Shown: one piece after another, positions 1 through 11,300 of the stretch
Layout of the letters: each line of letters begins with the position of its first letter
Numbering within the stretch: position 1 is the first letter of the stretch
DNA from: Narcine bancroftii
Taxonomy: Eukaryota
NCBI RefSeq assembly: GCF_036971445.1
Contig: NC_091473.1
Coordinates: 40,486,001-40,550,000 of the forward strand
Direction: 5' to 3'
Length of the DNA stretch: 64,000 nucleotides
Translations under genes and position numbers: made by a program
The notes under the pieces: generated by a model
The model's input: only the letters and a program-made list of their open reading frames with translations
The model's database searches: none
Told to the model about the DNA's origin: nothing

Positions 1-3000
1 TTTAATCCAGTTTACCCTCCCTATCAACATTAGCGGTTTCAATGTTCTAAGTCTTCCTGCAATTTCTTTATTAGTGGCTGATAAATTTAGCTTGTACAAG
101 TGGCTTAAGTTGTTATCTAACCTGATCCCTAGGTATCGGATTGTTTGTGCTTTCCATTTGAATGGTGTTTTTTTAAAAACTCTGAATAGTCTGCGTTACT
201 CACTTCACTTCACTTTTATTTGCGTTGATCTTGTACCCCGATATTTCTCCATATTCCTTCAATTTCTTACGTAATTCTTTTACTGATACCTCTGGTTCTG
301 TTAGGTATACTATGATGTCATCTGGAAATAAGATGATTTTATACTCCTTCTCCTTTATTTTTATCCCTTTTATTTTATTTTCTATTCTTATCAGTTCTGC
401 CAAAGGTTCTATTGCTAAGGCGAACAATGAGGGAGATAGTGGACATCCCTGTCTAGTTGACCTACTTAATTTAAAGTGACTTGATACATATCCATTTACT
501 GTTACCTTCGCCAATGGTCCATTATATAATGCTTTAATCCAATTTATATATTTTTCTGGTAGATTGAACTTCTGTAATACTTTAAATAAGTAATTCCACT
601 CTACTCTGTCAAAGGTTTTTTCTGCATCTAGAGCAACAGCCACTTTTGGTTTCTTATTTCCTTGAACTGTGTGGATTAGATTAATAAGTTTGCAGACATT
701 ATCCACAGTTCATCTTTTCTTAATAAATCCAGTTTGATCTTGTTTTACTATTTTAGGTACGCAATCGGCCAATCTGTTTGCTAATAATTTCGCTATTATA
801 ATCTGAGTTAAGTAGAGATATTGGTCTATATGATGCTGGTGTTGATGGATCCTTCCCCATCTTTGGTATTACTGTAATTATTGCTGTCTTACATGAATCT
901 GGCAAGTTTTGTGTTTATCTATCTGGTTCATTATTTCCAGGAGAGGAGGAATTAATAACTCTTTAAATGTTTTATAAAATTCTATCGGCAGCTTTTTTAA
1001 TATATCCTGTATTTCCTCTATTTCAAATGGTTTTAATAGTTTGTTTTGTTCCTCTTCTTGTAATTTCACCAGTTCAATTTTAGCTAAAAATTCCTCTATT
1101 TTATCTTTCTGCTCATTCTCAGTTTGATACAATTGTTCATAAAATTCCTTCAAATTTTCATTAATCTCTATTGGATTATATGTAATTTGTTTGTCCTTTT
1201 TCCTTGAAGCCAGTATCGTTCTTTTAACTTGTTCTGTTTTAAGTTGCCAGGCTAATATTTTATGTGTTTTTTCCTCCAGGTTCGTAATACATTTGCTTTG
1301 TTTTCATTATGTTCTTCTCCACCTTGTACGTTTGTAATGTTTCGTATTTAATTTTTTTGTCTGCCAATTCTCTCCTTTTCGTTATATCATCCCTTTTTAC
1401 TAATTCCTTTTCTGTACTTACTATCTCCCTTTCCAACTGCTCTATTTCCCGATTGTAATCTTTTTTCATCTTAGTCACATAACTTATTTTCTGCCCTCTA
1501 ATGAAGGCTTTTATTACGTCCCATAATATAAATTTGTCTTTCACTGATCCTGTGGTTATTTCAAAATATGTTTTAATTTGGCGTTCAATAAATTCTCTAA
1601 ATTCCTGTCTTTTAAGTAGCATGGAGTTTAACGTCCATCTATATATTCTTGGTGGGATGTCCTCCAGTTCTATTGCTAATAGGGGTGAATGATTTGATAG
1701 TAGTTTCGCTTCATACTCAGTTTTCCTAACTCTCCCTTGAATATGGGCTGCCAACAAAAACATATCAATCCTTGAGTACGTTTTGTGCCAACTCGAATAA
1801 TATGAAAATTCCTTCTCTCTTGGGTGTTGCCTCCTCCATATATCCATAAGTTTCATTTCCTGCATTGATTTAACCATAAATTTGGCTACTTTATTCTTTT
1901 TACTTGTCTTTTGTCCAGTTTTATCCAACATTGGGTCCAAATTAAGGTTAAAATCCCCTCCTATCAATATATTTCCTTGTGTGTCTGCAAACTTCAAAAA
2001 AAATCCTGCATAGACTTTTGATCCTCCACGTTAGGCGCATATATATTGAGCAAATTCCAAAATTCTGAGTATATCTGACACTTTATCATTGCATACCTCC
2101 CTGCCAGATCTATTATTTCCTCCTCTATTTTGATTGGTACATTTTTGTTAACTAATATGGCTACACCTCTAGCTTTAGAATTATAGGATGATGCAGTTAC
2201 ATGTCTTACCCAGTCTCTCTTTAGTTTGTTATGTTCCGCTTCAGTTAGATGCGTTTCCTGCACAAATGGTATATCTATTTTTTCCTTCTTCAATAAATTT
2301 AGTAGCCTCTTCCTTTTAATTTGGTTATGTATTCCATTAATGTTTATAGTCATATAGTTCAACATGGCCATCCTATATCAAGCATACACCTCTTTTCCAC
2401 CTCTTCACCACCTCCATCCCCCTTTTCCCCATTTTCATCTCTTAGTTTTCTCTTATTACACTTAATGTACGACAACACATTTAAAATATAAAGTACCCCT
2501 GCAGTTCCCACATCCACTAATATTTTAACCCCAAAAATTACCCCCCTCTCTGAGTTACCCCATATCCCTTGCCGGGCAACCACAACACCCCTTTTCATTT
2601 GGATTGCGATCTTGTTCACAGCTTCAACTGATTTTGCAGTGACGGTTATTCCCCCTCTACCCAGCCCTCTCCAGAAACACTTTTTTTTAAAAACACATAT
2701 AACAAAGCTCTCTCTTCTTTTTCCCCCCTTACTCCCTTCCTTCCCTTCTCTTTTCCCTCTTTAGTTCTTTACATATACATTGTTTTTACATCTTTATATA
2801 TACTTTATCGCCGTTCTTCATTCTTGTTACAACTCTTCATCTCTTCTCCTGTCCTGCAAACGTTCTGCGAATTCTTGCGCTTTCTCTGTATCCAAGAACA
2901 GTCTGTTTTGCTCCCCGGGTATAAATATTTTAAGCACGGCTGGATGTCTTAATATGAATTTGTAACCTTTTTTCCATAAAATCGATTTCGCTGTATTAAA

Positions 3001-4390
3001 TTCCTTCCTCCTCTTTAAGAGTTCAAAACTTATGTCTGGGTAAAAAAATATTTTTTGAACCTTGTATTCCAATGGTTTATTATCTTCTCTAACTTTATTC
3101 CTTGCCCGCTCCAGTATATTTTCTCTTGTCGTGTATCTCAAAAATTTTACTAAGGTAGATCTTGGTTTTTGATGTGCCTGTGGTTTCGGAGCTAATGTTC
3201 TGTGTGCCCTTTCTATTTCCATTTCTTCCTGCATTTCTGTCGTTCCCAAGACCTTCGGGATCCATCCTTTTATAAATTCCTTCATGTCTGTGCCTTCTTC
3301 ACCCTCCTTCAGGCCCACTTTTTTTTATGTTGTTTCGCCTACTATAATTTTCCAACATATCAATTTTCTGAGATAACAACTCTTGTGTCTCTTTAATTTT
3401 TTTGTCACTTTCTTCCAATTTTTCTCTTAAGTCATTTACTTCCATTTACAGCCGTTTTCGCTCTTCCACATTCTCTACTCTTTTCCCTATTTGTCATTAC
3501 CAGTTCCAACATTTGCATTTTATCTTCTGTTCTTTTCATTTTCCTTTTAATTGCATTAAACTCTAATGACAACCATTCTTTTAATGATCTCATTTGTTCT
3601 TCAAAGAAGACTTTATCTATATTCTGTTCATCAGTTTTACCTTTTATTTCTCTTTGTCCATCAGTTTTACCTTCTATTTCTCTGTGAAGATCTTGGTCTT
3701 CTTCCTCTTCTTCTGTGTCTATATCAGTGTTTGTGTCTTCTTCTTCTCTTCTTTGTGTCTGTGTCTCTTCTGTTTTTCAGGCCTCTTCTTGCTGGTCCTT
3801 CCTGGGCTGCTCGTCTGTTGTGCTTCCTGACATTGGTCTTCTTGTCCATTATCCCTCCATCTATCTCCCTCATCTGTTTCATCCCTTCCTATTCTGCTGG
3901 CTTCCTCGTCCTCCAGCTGAGCGCCCTAGTGTCGGGCGTCCCTCAGCTGTTCGCTCTGTGACAGCCCGTTCCTCTGCTGAGCCCCCCTCCCGCCAGTGTC
4001 CTCTTTCTCCTTTGATTGCGCATTGCGCACTTTTGTTTGGCTCCGAGAGCCATTTTTGAAGTGCACTGGCTGGTAGGTCGCGACTCCGCAGGGCAGGCCC
4101 TGACCTCGAGGGTCGGGCACTCCTCGCCACCACAGCATCCTGTTCCTTCATGCAGGTAAGGCCTTCTTTTATCTTCTCCGGCGACTTTTCTACTTTTTTT
4201 TTCCAGTTGCTTTTACTTTCTCCTTCTTGGAAGCCATCTTCTTTCTCTTCTCTGTATCTTTATCTTCTATTTCTTATATTTTATTTTTGTTATGCTTTGC
4301 TTTTACCTAACTTTTTTCCTATTTTCCTGGAGAGGGCTGGTTTTCCCAACCGGCCACTACTCCATCACGTGACTCCCCCCCCCCCCCCCC
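1..4390 (-). mobile_element. LINE-1 (L1 clade) retrotransposon, 5' end present, ORF1 and ORF2 frameshifted; continues past the left window edge
   Basis: ORF1 starts near 4237 (MASKKEKV..., frameshifted) and its C-terminal part is 2827-3318 (ERAHR..., FYPDIS...RR motifs). ORF2 APE endonuclease is at 1260-2371 (ININGI, QETHL, GGDFN, SRID, SNH) and RT is at 200-706 (LDAEKTFDRVEW, RQGCPLSP, FPDD). The 5' end is a G-run at 4375-4390. Confidence 0.93.
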
Positions 4391-5023
4391 ATCCTGTATC
4401 TTAAATCTGGTCTCAGTCCTCTGGTTGTAGACACATCTGAACAAAGGAAAAGTTCCTCACTCTCTAGACTATCCAAGGGTCTCATAATCTTGGTATACCA
4501 GTCAGATATCCCCTCAATTTTCATTATAGCATTTTGGATCTCCAAAAATGTCTTCAACATTTAAACATTATTCCCATTTAATTTTCAACTCTCTATTACT
4601 ATTAAAACTCTCTTGGGGAATCAGGAATCTCTTGTTTTCACTCAGTTCTCTGAATTCAAGAACTGCAATGCAAAATGAATTTAACTGAACAGCTAAATTT
4701 TAGTGTACAATTTTTTTTAGAATTAGGTAAATTTTCATTTCACACCTCCTGTAGTCAACTCTTTTCTTTTAACACACACACACTCACACAAAGCCTCCAA
4801 ATAGTTAATACAAAATTATTTTCTTCATTTGCCAACACCCAAGTTAATAAACTGATGGAAGAAAACTCAGCAAGTGGACCTGCTGAGTTCTTTCAGCAGT
4901 TCAATTTTTGCTCCAGATTCCAGCATCTGCAATTTGTGTCTTGCTCTGCCAGTGAAGCTATTGTTTTCAAAAAGTATACAGAAATTGCATATTACAGCAA
5001 TAAAAGATTAATGTATCCACAAA

Positions 5024-5393
5024 CACTGGCGTCACTTGGTGGGTATGGACGGTGACAGTTGACACCAAAAAGACTGTCTATAAAATTTTTGTGCAGTGTT
5101 TCGGCAGAATTTTAAAACATAAAAAATCCCTGTAGTTAGTTATAACAACATAAACATTTATCGTAAGACCAGCTTACATGTATCAATGTACCTACAAGGC
5201 TAAAACTCTATGTTAATATACTTTTTGAACCTTCTAATGCATTCTGGTCAGAGCCCCCACCCCAGACATACAAGGACAATCCATACATCTGTTTCTTCTA
5301 AGCTCGATACACTCGGTCCATGGCAGTGAGGTGGGAAAGGTGGTGACATCATGATTACCTCACCATGTGACACCAACCCTAGTGACACCACTG
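5024..5393. mobile_element. Non-autonomous hAT-type DNA transposon (MITE)
   Basis: Imperfect TIRs CACTGGCGTCAC / GTGACACCACTG with a perfect 8-bp TSD TCCACAAA (5016-5023 and 5394-5401). Confidence 0.75.
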
Positions 5394-5493
5394 TCCACAA
5401 ATCTATTCCTGTACTCACAATGCATCCTTAATTTAACTGTTATATTCATCAAATGTAAAATTATAGAACCAACACAGGCACAGAATGACATTC

Positions 5494-5810
5494 AGTAAAA
5501 CATCAAAGTCTGTAGATGCCTTGATTGAAGTTAAAAACACAATGCTGGAGAAACTAAGCAGGTCAGATATTGTACCTTATGTAATAAAGATAAAAATACA
5601 TAACCAACTTTTTGGGCCTGAGTCGTTCGAACAAAATATCATTAGATGAAATTTCTTGATAAAGACTATGGAAATGATCCTTAAAAGTATGGTAATTTTG
5701 CTCGTACCTTGATGAAGGTCTCAGATCTAAAACATTGGTTACATATCTTTATCTTTTCTATATCAAGAACGCTGTTCGATCTATTAAGTTTCTCCTGCAT
5801 TGTGTTATTA
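5494..5810. mobile_element. Penelope-derived short inverted-repeat element
   Basis: Arms (aacacaatgctggagaaact...cataacc / ggttac...agtttctcctgcattgtgtt) are shared with the ends of the GIY-YIG element at 40925-41992. Confidence 0.6.
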
Positions 5811-6574
5811 CAGTGACACTCGTGATACAATATTCCATCCTGTAACAATGCAAAGAGAAATAACTTATTGTTTGGATGCCAATTCAAAAGATTGTATTTG
5901 GCTCTATTTGCAAGAATAACATAAACAGCTGTCATAATGCTGAATATTTCCCCTCTTTGCAAGGGCATATTTAAGCCTATTTTATACATTATGAAACAAC
6001 CAGATGTGTATTACAATAAAAACCCATGGCATCTGGAACCTTTGGGGATTGGTAGATGCTGGATGATTGAATTTCAGGTAGCTTGAGAATGTGTGTTGTG
6101 TGATTGGCAAACTAATGGCAAGGCACACCGATTTAAAACTTGCGTATTTTTGACCTGTTTATTTTCTGCAATTTTTTTGCCGGTTGCTTGAGGCTGCCGG
6201 TTGCTTGAATTCCAGATAACAACTAGCCCCTTTCACACTGGCAACCTACTAAATAGGCGAGTAAACGACCCATGTTGCAGTACCAGGTGAGCCGTTCATA
6301 CTTGAACATGAATTCCCTGTTTCATGTGGATATTGTGGATCTAAGGAGGGGGACCCAACCTCCAGTGGTGATGTCTCGTGTGATGTAGTACGTACTTGCA
6401 GGGCAGTGAAATCATGCGGGAATAAAGCACATATGCGCACAATGTACAAAAGATCATAGGGGAAAAACATGCATAATTTAACAAGACATAAGCGCTCAAT
6501 GTATAGAAGACCATGAGAAAATCTACTGCAGTGGACTTCAGACTGTTTAAACTTGGGACAAACCTACAGACCAG

Positions 6575-6667
6575 CTTGTCATTATTCCCTAAACAATGGA
6601 GTGTAACAACTAATTACATAGCATTTACATTGTATTAGGTATTATGTAATCTAGAAATGATTTAAAG
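6575..6667 (+). mobile_element. Tigger/MER2-like DNA transposon fragment
   Basis: cttgtcattattccctaaacaa...acatagcatttacattgtattaggtattatgtaatctagaaatgatttaaag closely resembles my recollection of the mammalian MER2 consensus. Confidence 0.6.
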
Positions 6668-7259
6668 CACAGGTACATGCTAACAGCTCCACCAGCTGCC
6701 CTGTGACATCCCCGTCAGCCACACACTGACAAAGCCCTGCTGTACTGATATTAAAACTACTAGACTGATGTACTCATGCAGGCACTACCGTCACTAATGA
6801 TACCTGATTGAGCAAGTTGGCCATTCACACTGCATCTGAGTCAACTCACCCGGGCTCTGATACAACCCCCTATCAAGTATCAAACCCTGGTTGATTTTCA
6901 CCCCCCCCCACCCCCACCCAGTTGGAAGCATTCACAGTGCCAGGTGACCTGCTAAATACCTACTAAATTTCCCAGTTCAACCCATGTTATTTGGCGGTAT
7001 GAAAAGACTGTATAGTAATAAATTTCTTTGGGGGTCAAATCAGGTAAAGAATTCACTATTAAACATTATTTCTTGCCTGGTAGGTTCTTATTTTAAAATA
7101 CTTTTCCAATTAAAAAATCAACATGCCACATTATTGCAATCATATTCATAGAAATATGACATTCCTCTAACTTTTACAAAAATGCTATAATAGCTTTCTT
7201 TCAACTTCAGGGTTACCTTGTAATATTTGTCAAATATAAATCTGACACTACAACATATG

Positions 7260-7883
7260 CAGTGCCCGCCACAAGGTTTTGGACAAAGAGATTTTTTTCT
7301 TTTATTTGCCCTTGTGCTCCACAGTTTTAAATCTATAATTAAATAATTCACATGTAATTAAAGTCCACATTCCAGATTTTATTCAAGGTTATTTGAATAC
7401 ATTTTTGGTTTGATCATGTAGAAATTACAGCACTTTTTATACATAGCCCCCTCATTTTCCGGCAACATAACGATTGGGACATTTGGCTTCACAGATGTTT
7501 CTAAATGCTCAGGTATTTTAATTGCTTCATTGCTGCAGGTATAGAAAGTTAGACTTGCTTCAAAGGTGATCAAAAGCTTCAAAGCAAGCCTAGCACTCTT
7601 TTACCTGCACCCAATGAAGCAATTAAACATACCCAAGTACTCACAAATACCTGTGAAGCCAAATGTCCTAAATATTATGATGCTCTGAAATGAGGGGAGT
7701 ATATATAAAAAGTGTTGTAATTTCTACATGGTTAAACCAAAATGAATACAAATAACCTTTAATAAAATATGGAATGTGTATTTTAATTACACACGAATTG
7801 TTTGATTATAACTTTAAAACTGTGGAGCACAGGGGCAAATAAAGGAAAAAGTGTCTTTGTCCCAAGCATTATGGAGGGCACGG
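7260..7883. mobile_element. Tc1-like non-autonomous DNA transposon with long TIRs
   Basis: CAGTGCCCGCCACAAGG-TTTTGGACAAAGA at left and TCTTTGTCCCAAGCATTATGGAGGGCACGG at right. The inverted similarity extends roughly 200 bp inward. Confidence 0.7.
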
Positions 7884-8183
7884 AATATAGAGATTGAATA
7901 CTGAGATGATTAGCAAAAGTACTCTTCAAATACTGTGCATTTTAGAGTACAGTAAAGATTTTTTTACTACACTTTAGTCTTGAACAACAGCTATTAAAGT
8001 AACAGGACAACAATCCTGAGAATTACATGAATAAAAGAGCATCTGCAACTGCTTCTGCACTTCAAGGGCTGAATTATGCACCATTCTGCATTTTTCTGAG
8101 TTTCTATTTATTTTTTAGGTCAATAAAATAATTCAAAATTATAAATAGAGAAAAATGTGTAGTCAGTTTCTATCTGCAGTTAA

Positions 8184-8760
8184 CACTGGACAATGAAAAT
8201 ATTCTTCCTGAACACTTTTGGGTGGATTTTATGGATTTTGGGCTGCTGTTCATGAAAGTCACCTTAAAATTTTCTGATCATGCACTGTATTTTTAAATAT
8301 CTATTTTAGTGATTTCCTGTCACATTTTAAGTATACTTCAAGCATACAAAATCATGGTGCAACATGTCAGTGAAAATTCATTTTCTGCATTCGCACTTGG
8401 ACTTCCCTGCTGATCTTGGTACAGTGACGAAGGTGGTGAAAGGTTTCACCAGGACATTGCAACCAAGGAAAAGCGGTATCAGGGCAACTGGAATCCATCA
8501 ATGCTGGGCGACTATTGTTTGACGCTGGCATCAGATGCTGAGTACAAATGAAAATCAGCAGCAAAACGTTTTTAGGTCAGTTGAACTAACGCAATGTGTC
8601 AGCGTCATGATGCAATTAAACTTGCTAAATTCAATAAAAGTTCATTTAATGTTTCTCCAACTTCCTATGATACCTCAAATCTGAAATTATCTTTCTGTTC
8701 AGTTTGCACACATTTTTTTTTTCAGGAAGCAAAACGTTTGAAAAAATTTGTTGCCCAGTG
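8184..8760 (+). mobile_element. Chapaev3-type (CMC superfamily) DNA transposon, internally deleted
   Basis: Termini CACTGG...CCAGTG flanked by a 3-bp TAA TSD. Transposase C-terminal remnant NMSVKIHFLHSHLDF...GERFHQDIATKEKRYQGNWNPSMLGDYC. Confidence 0.75.
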
Positions 8761-9179
8761 TAATCCAAGAGATGCCAAGATTGCTTTCAAGAGAAAATAT
8801 CCTCAATTAGCACCTGTACTTCTTAGCTCACACAAGATTGTGGGGGTGAAAGCAGACTTGAACCGTTCAGGCAAATTCACCATGGATACAGAACTTTTTC
8901 CTGGTATTTGAAAGATTCTTCCTCCCGTTAGGTGCACCATATTGCTTCACACTTACACCTTGATGATGGGCTCAGCCCGAAACGTTGGTTATGTATCTTT
9001 GCTATGTAAAGTACACGGTTTGACCTGCTGAGTTTAACATTGTGTTTTTACTTCACCCTAACAAAAAAAACCTGTCATTCCTCATACGTTTGTGATACAG
9101 TAAAAACATCCCACCATCTTTTAGAAAGGGCGCCGTTGACTCTGAGAAAGCAGTGGCCCTGCATTTAAAACAGAGAATG

Positions 9180-10120
9180 AGTTTACAGCACAGAATCGGA
9201 TTGTTCGGAACCGTTCATCGTCCACACACAGCACCTCCTTTCCCGCCCAACTTTCCATCTTGAAGGAGAAACTGCTCCTCATCGTGCCCCTGCTTTGCAA
9301 AGAGCTGCACAAACACACGTCTCCCATTCCGCAGCGAAACCGTGACAGGCCTGAATCCCTCCAGGCCCGGGCTGATCTGGGCCCAAAGCCACAGCCCGAG
9401 CCTGGAGTTCTGCGCTCCTCTCCTCCTGCCTCCTTACCATGTGAGTAGGGAGCGACTTCAACAGGGAAAGCATCTTTCAAGCTGTCGACCCTACTCTTCC
9501 GCTACCGCCTAATTCGCCCCTGCAGCCGGATGGATGATCGCTCTCTCGCTCCTCCACAAGACCTCATCGCCCTAGCAACCCACCTATCTAACTAAGGCCA
9601 GCACATTTCTAAGTTTTTAAACAACTAAGAATCTAGATAGTAATCAGAAAAAAATTGCATTATATAAATCTGAATTGTTAGTTGTTCGCATGTACCGTGT
9701 TATTAAACTGTCATGGATGATTCAGGCATTGATTTGGACGCCCACAGGAGCAAAGGACTGCCTGTTCTCTGTTGAGTTGGCAGTCGGATGGAGTTAATAT
9801 AAAACTTCGTGATATCGGTAAAGAATTTATTTTTGTTTAAAATCTTTAGTTGTTTTCTGGGATAGTTATCGTATGTTTAATCGCCGCTGACGTTGACTTT
9901 TCTCCACTGGGATGTTTTCTTACCTTGAAAAAGAAGTTTTCACTTCGCCCTCAGTCCAGAAACTATATTTTTTTTTAAGTAATTTAGATCTTATATTGAT
10001 GAAGAAAGTACGACAGATGCGTAGCAAAGGCAGTTTCCGTGGTAGCGTTGCACTATCACCATGTGTGTGGCTGGAAAGACGTTGCAGTGCTTTAACTTGG
10101 GGACTTTACTAACTACACGG
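9180..10120. promoter_or_regulatory. CpG-rich bidirectional promoter region for SPCS1 / GLT8D1
   Basis: Local CpG enrichment around SPCS1 exon 1. RFX X-box-like motifs CCTAGCAAC (~9571) and GTTTCCGTGGTAGC (~10033) and a CRE-like TGACGT (~9888). Confidence 0.6.
9438..9473 (-). CDS. SPCS1: Signal peptidase complex subunit 1, first coding exon (remaining exons not found in window, presumably left of position 1)
   Basis: ATG at 9473 gives MLSLLKSLPTHM followed by a GTAAGG donor in phase 0, matching the SPCS1 N-terminus (human MLEHLSSLPTQM|DYKGQ). It lies in a CpG-rich region head-to-head with GLT8D1, the known synteny. Confidence 0.85.
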
Positions 10121-10351
10121 GTTTGGGGATCTCATCACCAAAGCTTTCAGGGATCCAAAATGCCACTCAGATTAATCAAACAGCCAGGTTATTTGAACTG
10201 GTGAATTCAATAGGTGAAAATTATTCTGTTGTTTTAAATGATCATTGTTCTGGGGGTGGGGGGGGGGGGGGGGAGGAGCTGAAAGGTTTTCTTCTGAACA
10301 CTGTGTAATCTCATAAAATGTCACCAAGAATAATTTGACAATATGAACATG

Positions 10352-11295
10352 TCACTCCCAAGAAAATAGGAGCAGGAGTAGGCTGTTCAGCCCTTCAAGC
10401 CTGCCCTGCTATTTAATATAATTATGGCTGATCTATTCCAGTCTCAACTTCTGTGCCAGTTTCTCATAATCCTCAATTCCTTGATCTTTCAAATATTTAT
10501 CTATCTTCACCTTAAATGTAACTATTCCACCTTTTTATTTGTGCATCTGCCAGGTTCTTGCTCTTCCTGATGAAGGGTTTATGGCCTGAAATGTCGACTA
10601 TTGATTTCCATGGATGTTGCTTGACTTGCTAATTACCTGCAGACTTTCTTTGTGTTCCTGCATCTGAAGACTTCTTGTTTACCTCAATCAATATTCCTCT
10701 GCACAATCATATGTCCTCAACACAACATGCTCTTCCATCTTTTCAGGTAATGTCAACAAATTTGGAAACTATACATTTCATTTCCTATTCCAGTTCATTA
10801 ATATAAATAGTGAACAATTAGGAGCCAAAGATCTAAGGTATTCTGCTAGTTACATCCTTTTATCCTAAAATGGACCCATTTATTCCAAAATTTTGTTTTC
10901 CTGTGACATCCAGTTTTCATCCATGCTAAGACACTTCGTATACTTTGGGCACAATTTATGCCTCAGCCTCATATGCTGCATCTTGCCAAATGCCTTTTAA
11001 ATACTTCTACAAGTTCTCCTCTATCACATCCTCAAAGAATTTAAGCAAATCTGTAAAAAATGATTTACTTTTCATAAAACCATATTGACCCAGTTTGATT
11101 ATTTCCTCTTTGATTAATGACTCAAACATCTTACTAACAATAAATATTAAACCAACTGGCCTTTAGTTTCCCTACAGTCTCACTTGCTTTCTAAACAAGA
11201 GAGTTACATTGGCTGTTTTCCAACCATCTGGAACCCTTCTGGACTTTCGAGAGGTTTGAAATATTTCAACCAATGGGTCCACTATCTCTGCAGCA
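10352..11295 (-). mobile_element. Old CR1-like LINE fragment (continues at about 12595-12890 after nested insertions)
   Basis: CR1 3' tail (ataggagcaggagtaggctgttcagccc) and degenerate RT segments (ccaaatgcctttt, ttcataaaaccatattgac, aactggcctttagtttcc). Confidence 0.6.
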
Positions 11296-11300
11296 ATTTA

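Noticed and set aside
3566-4404. Hydrophobic plus-strand ORFs
   Set aside because: Antisense shadow of the purine-rich L1 ORF1 and 5' UTR.
9121-9480. 119-aa and overlapping ORFs as stand-alone genes
   Set aside because: GC-rich CpG-island ORFs. Only the 12-codon SPCS1 exon in another frame has homology and a splice donor.
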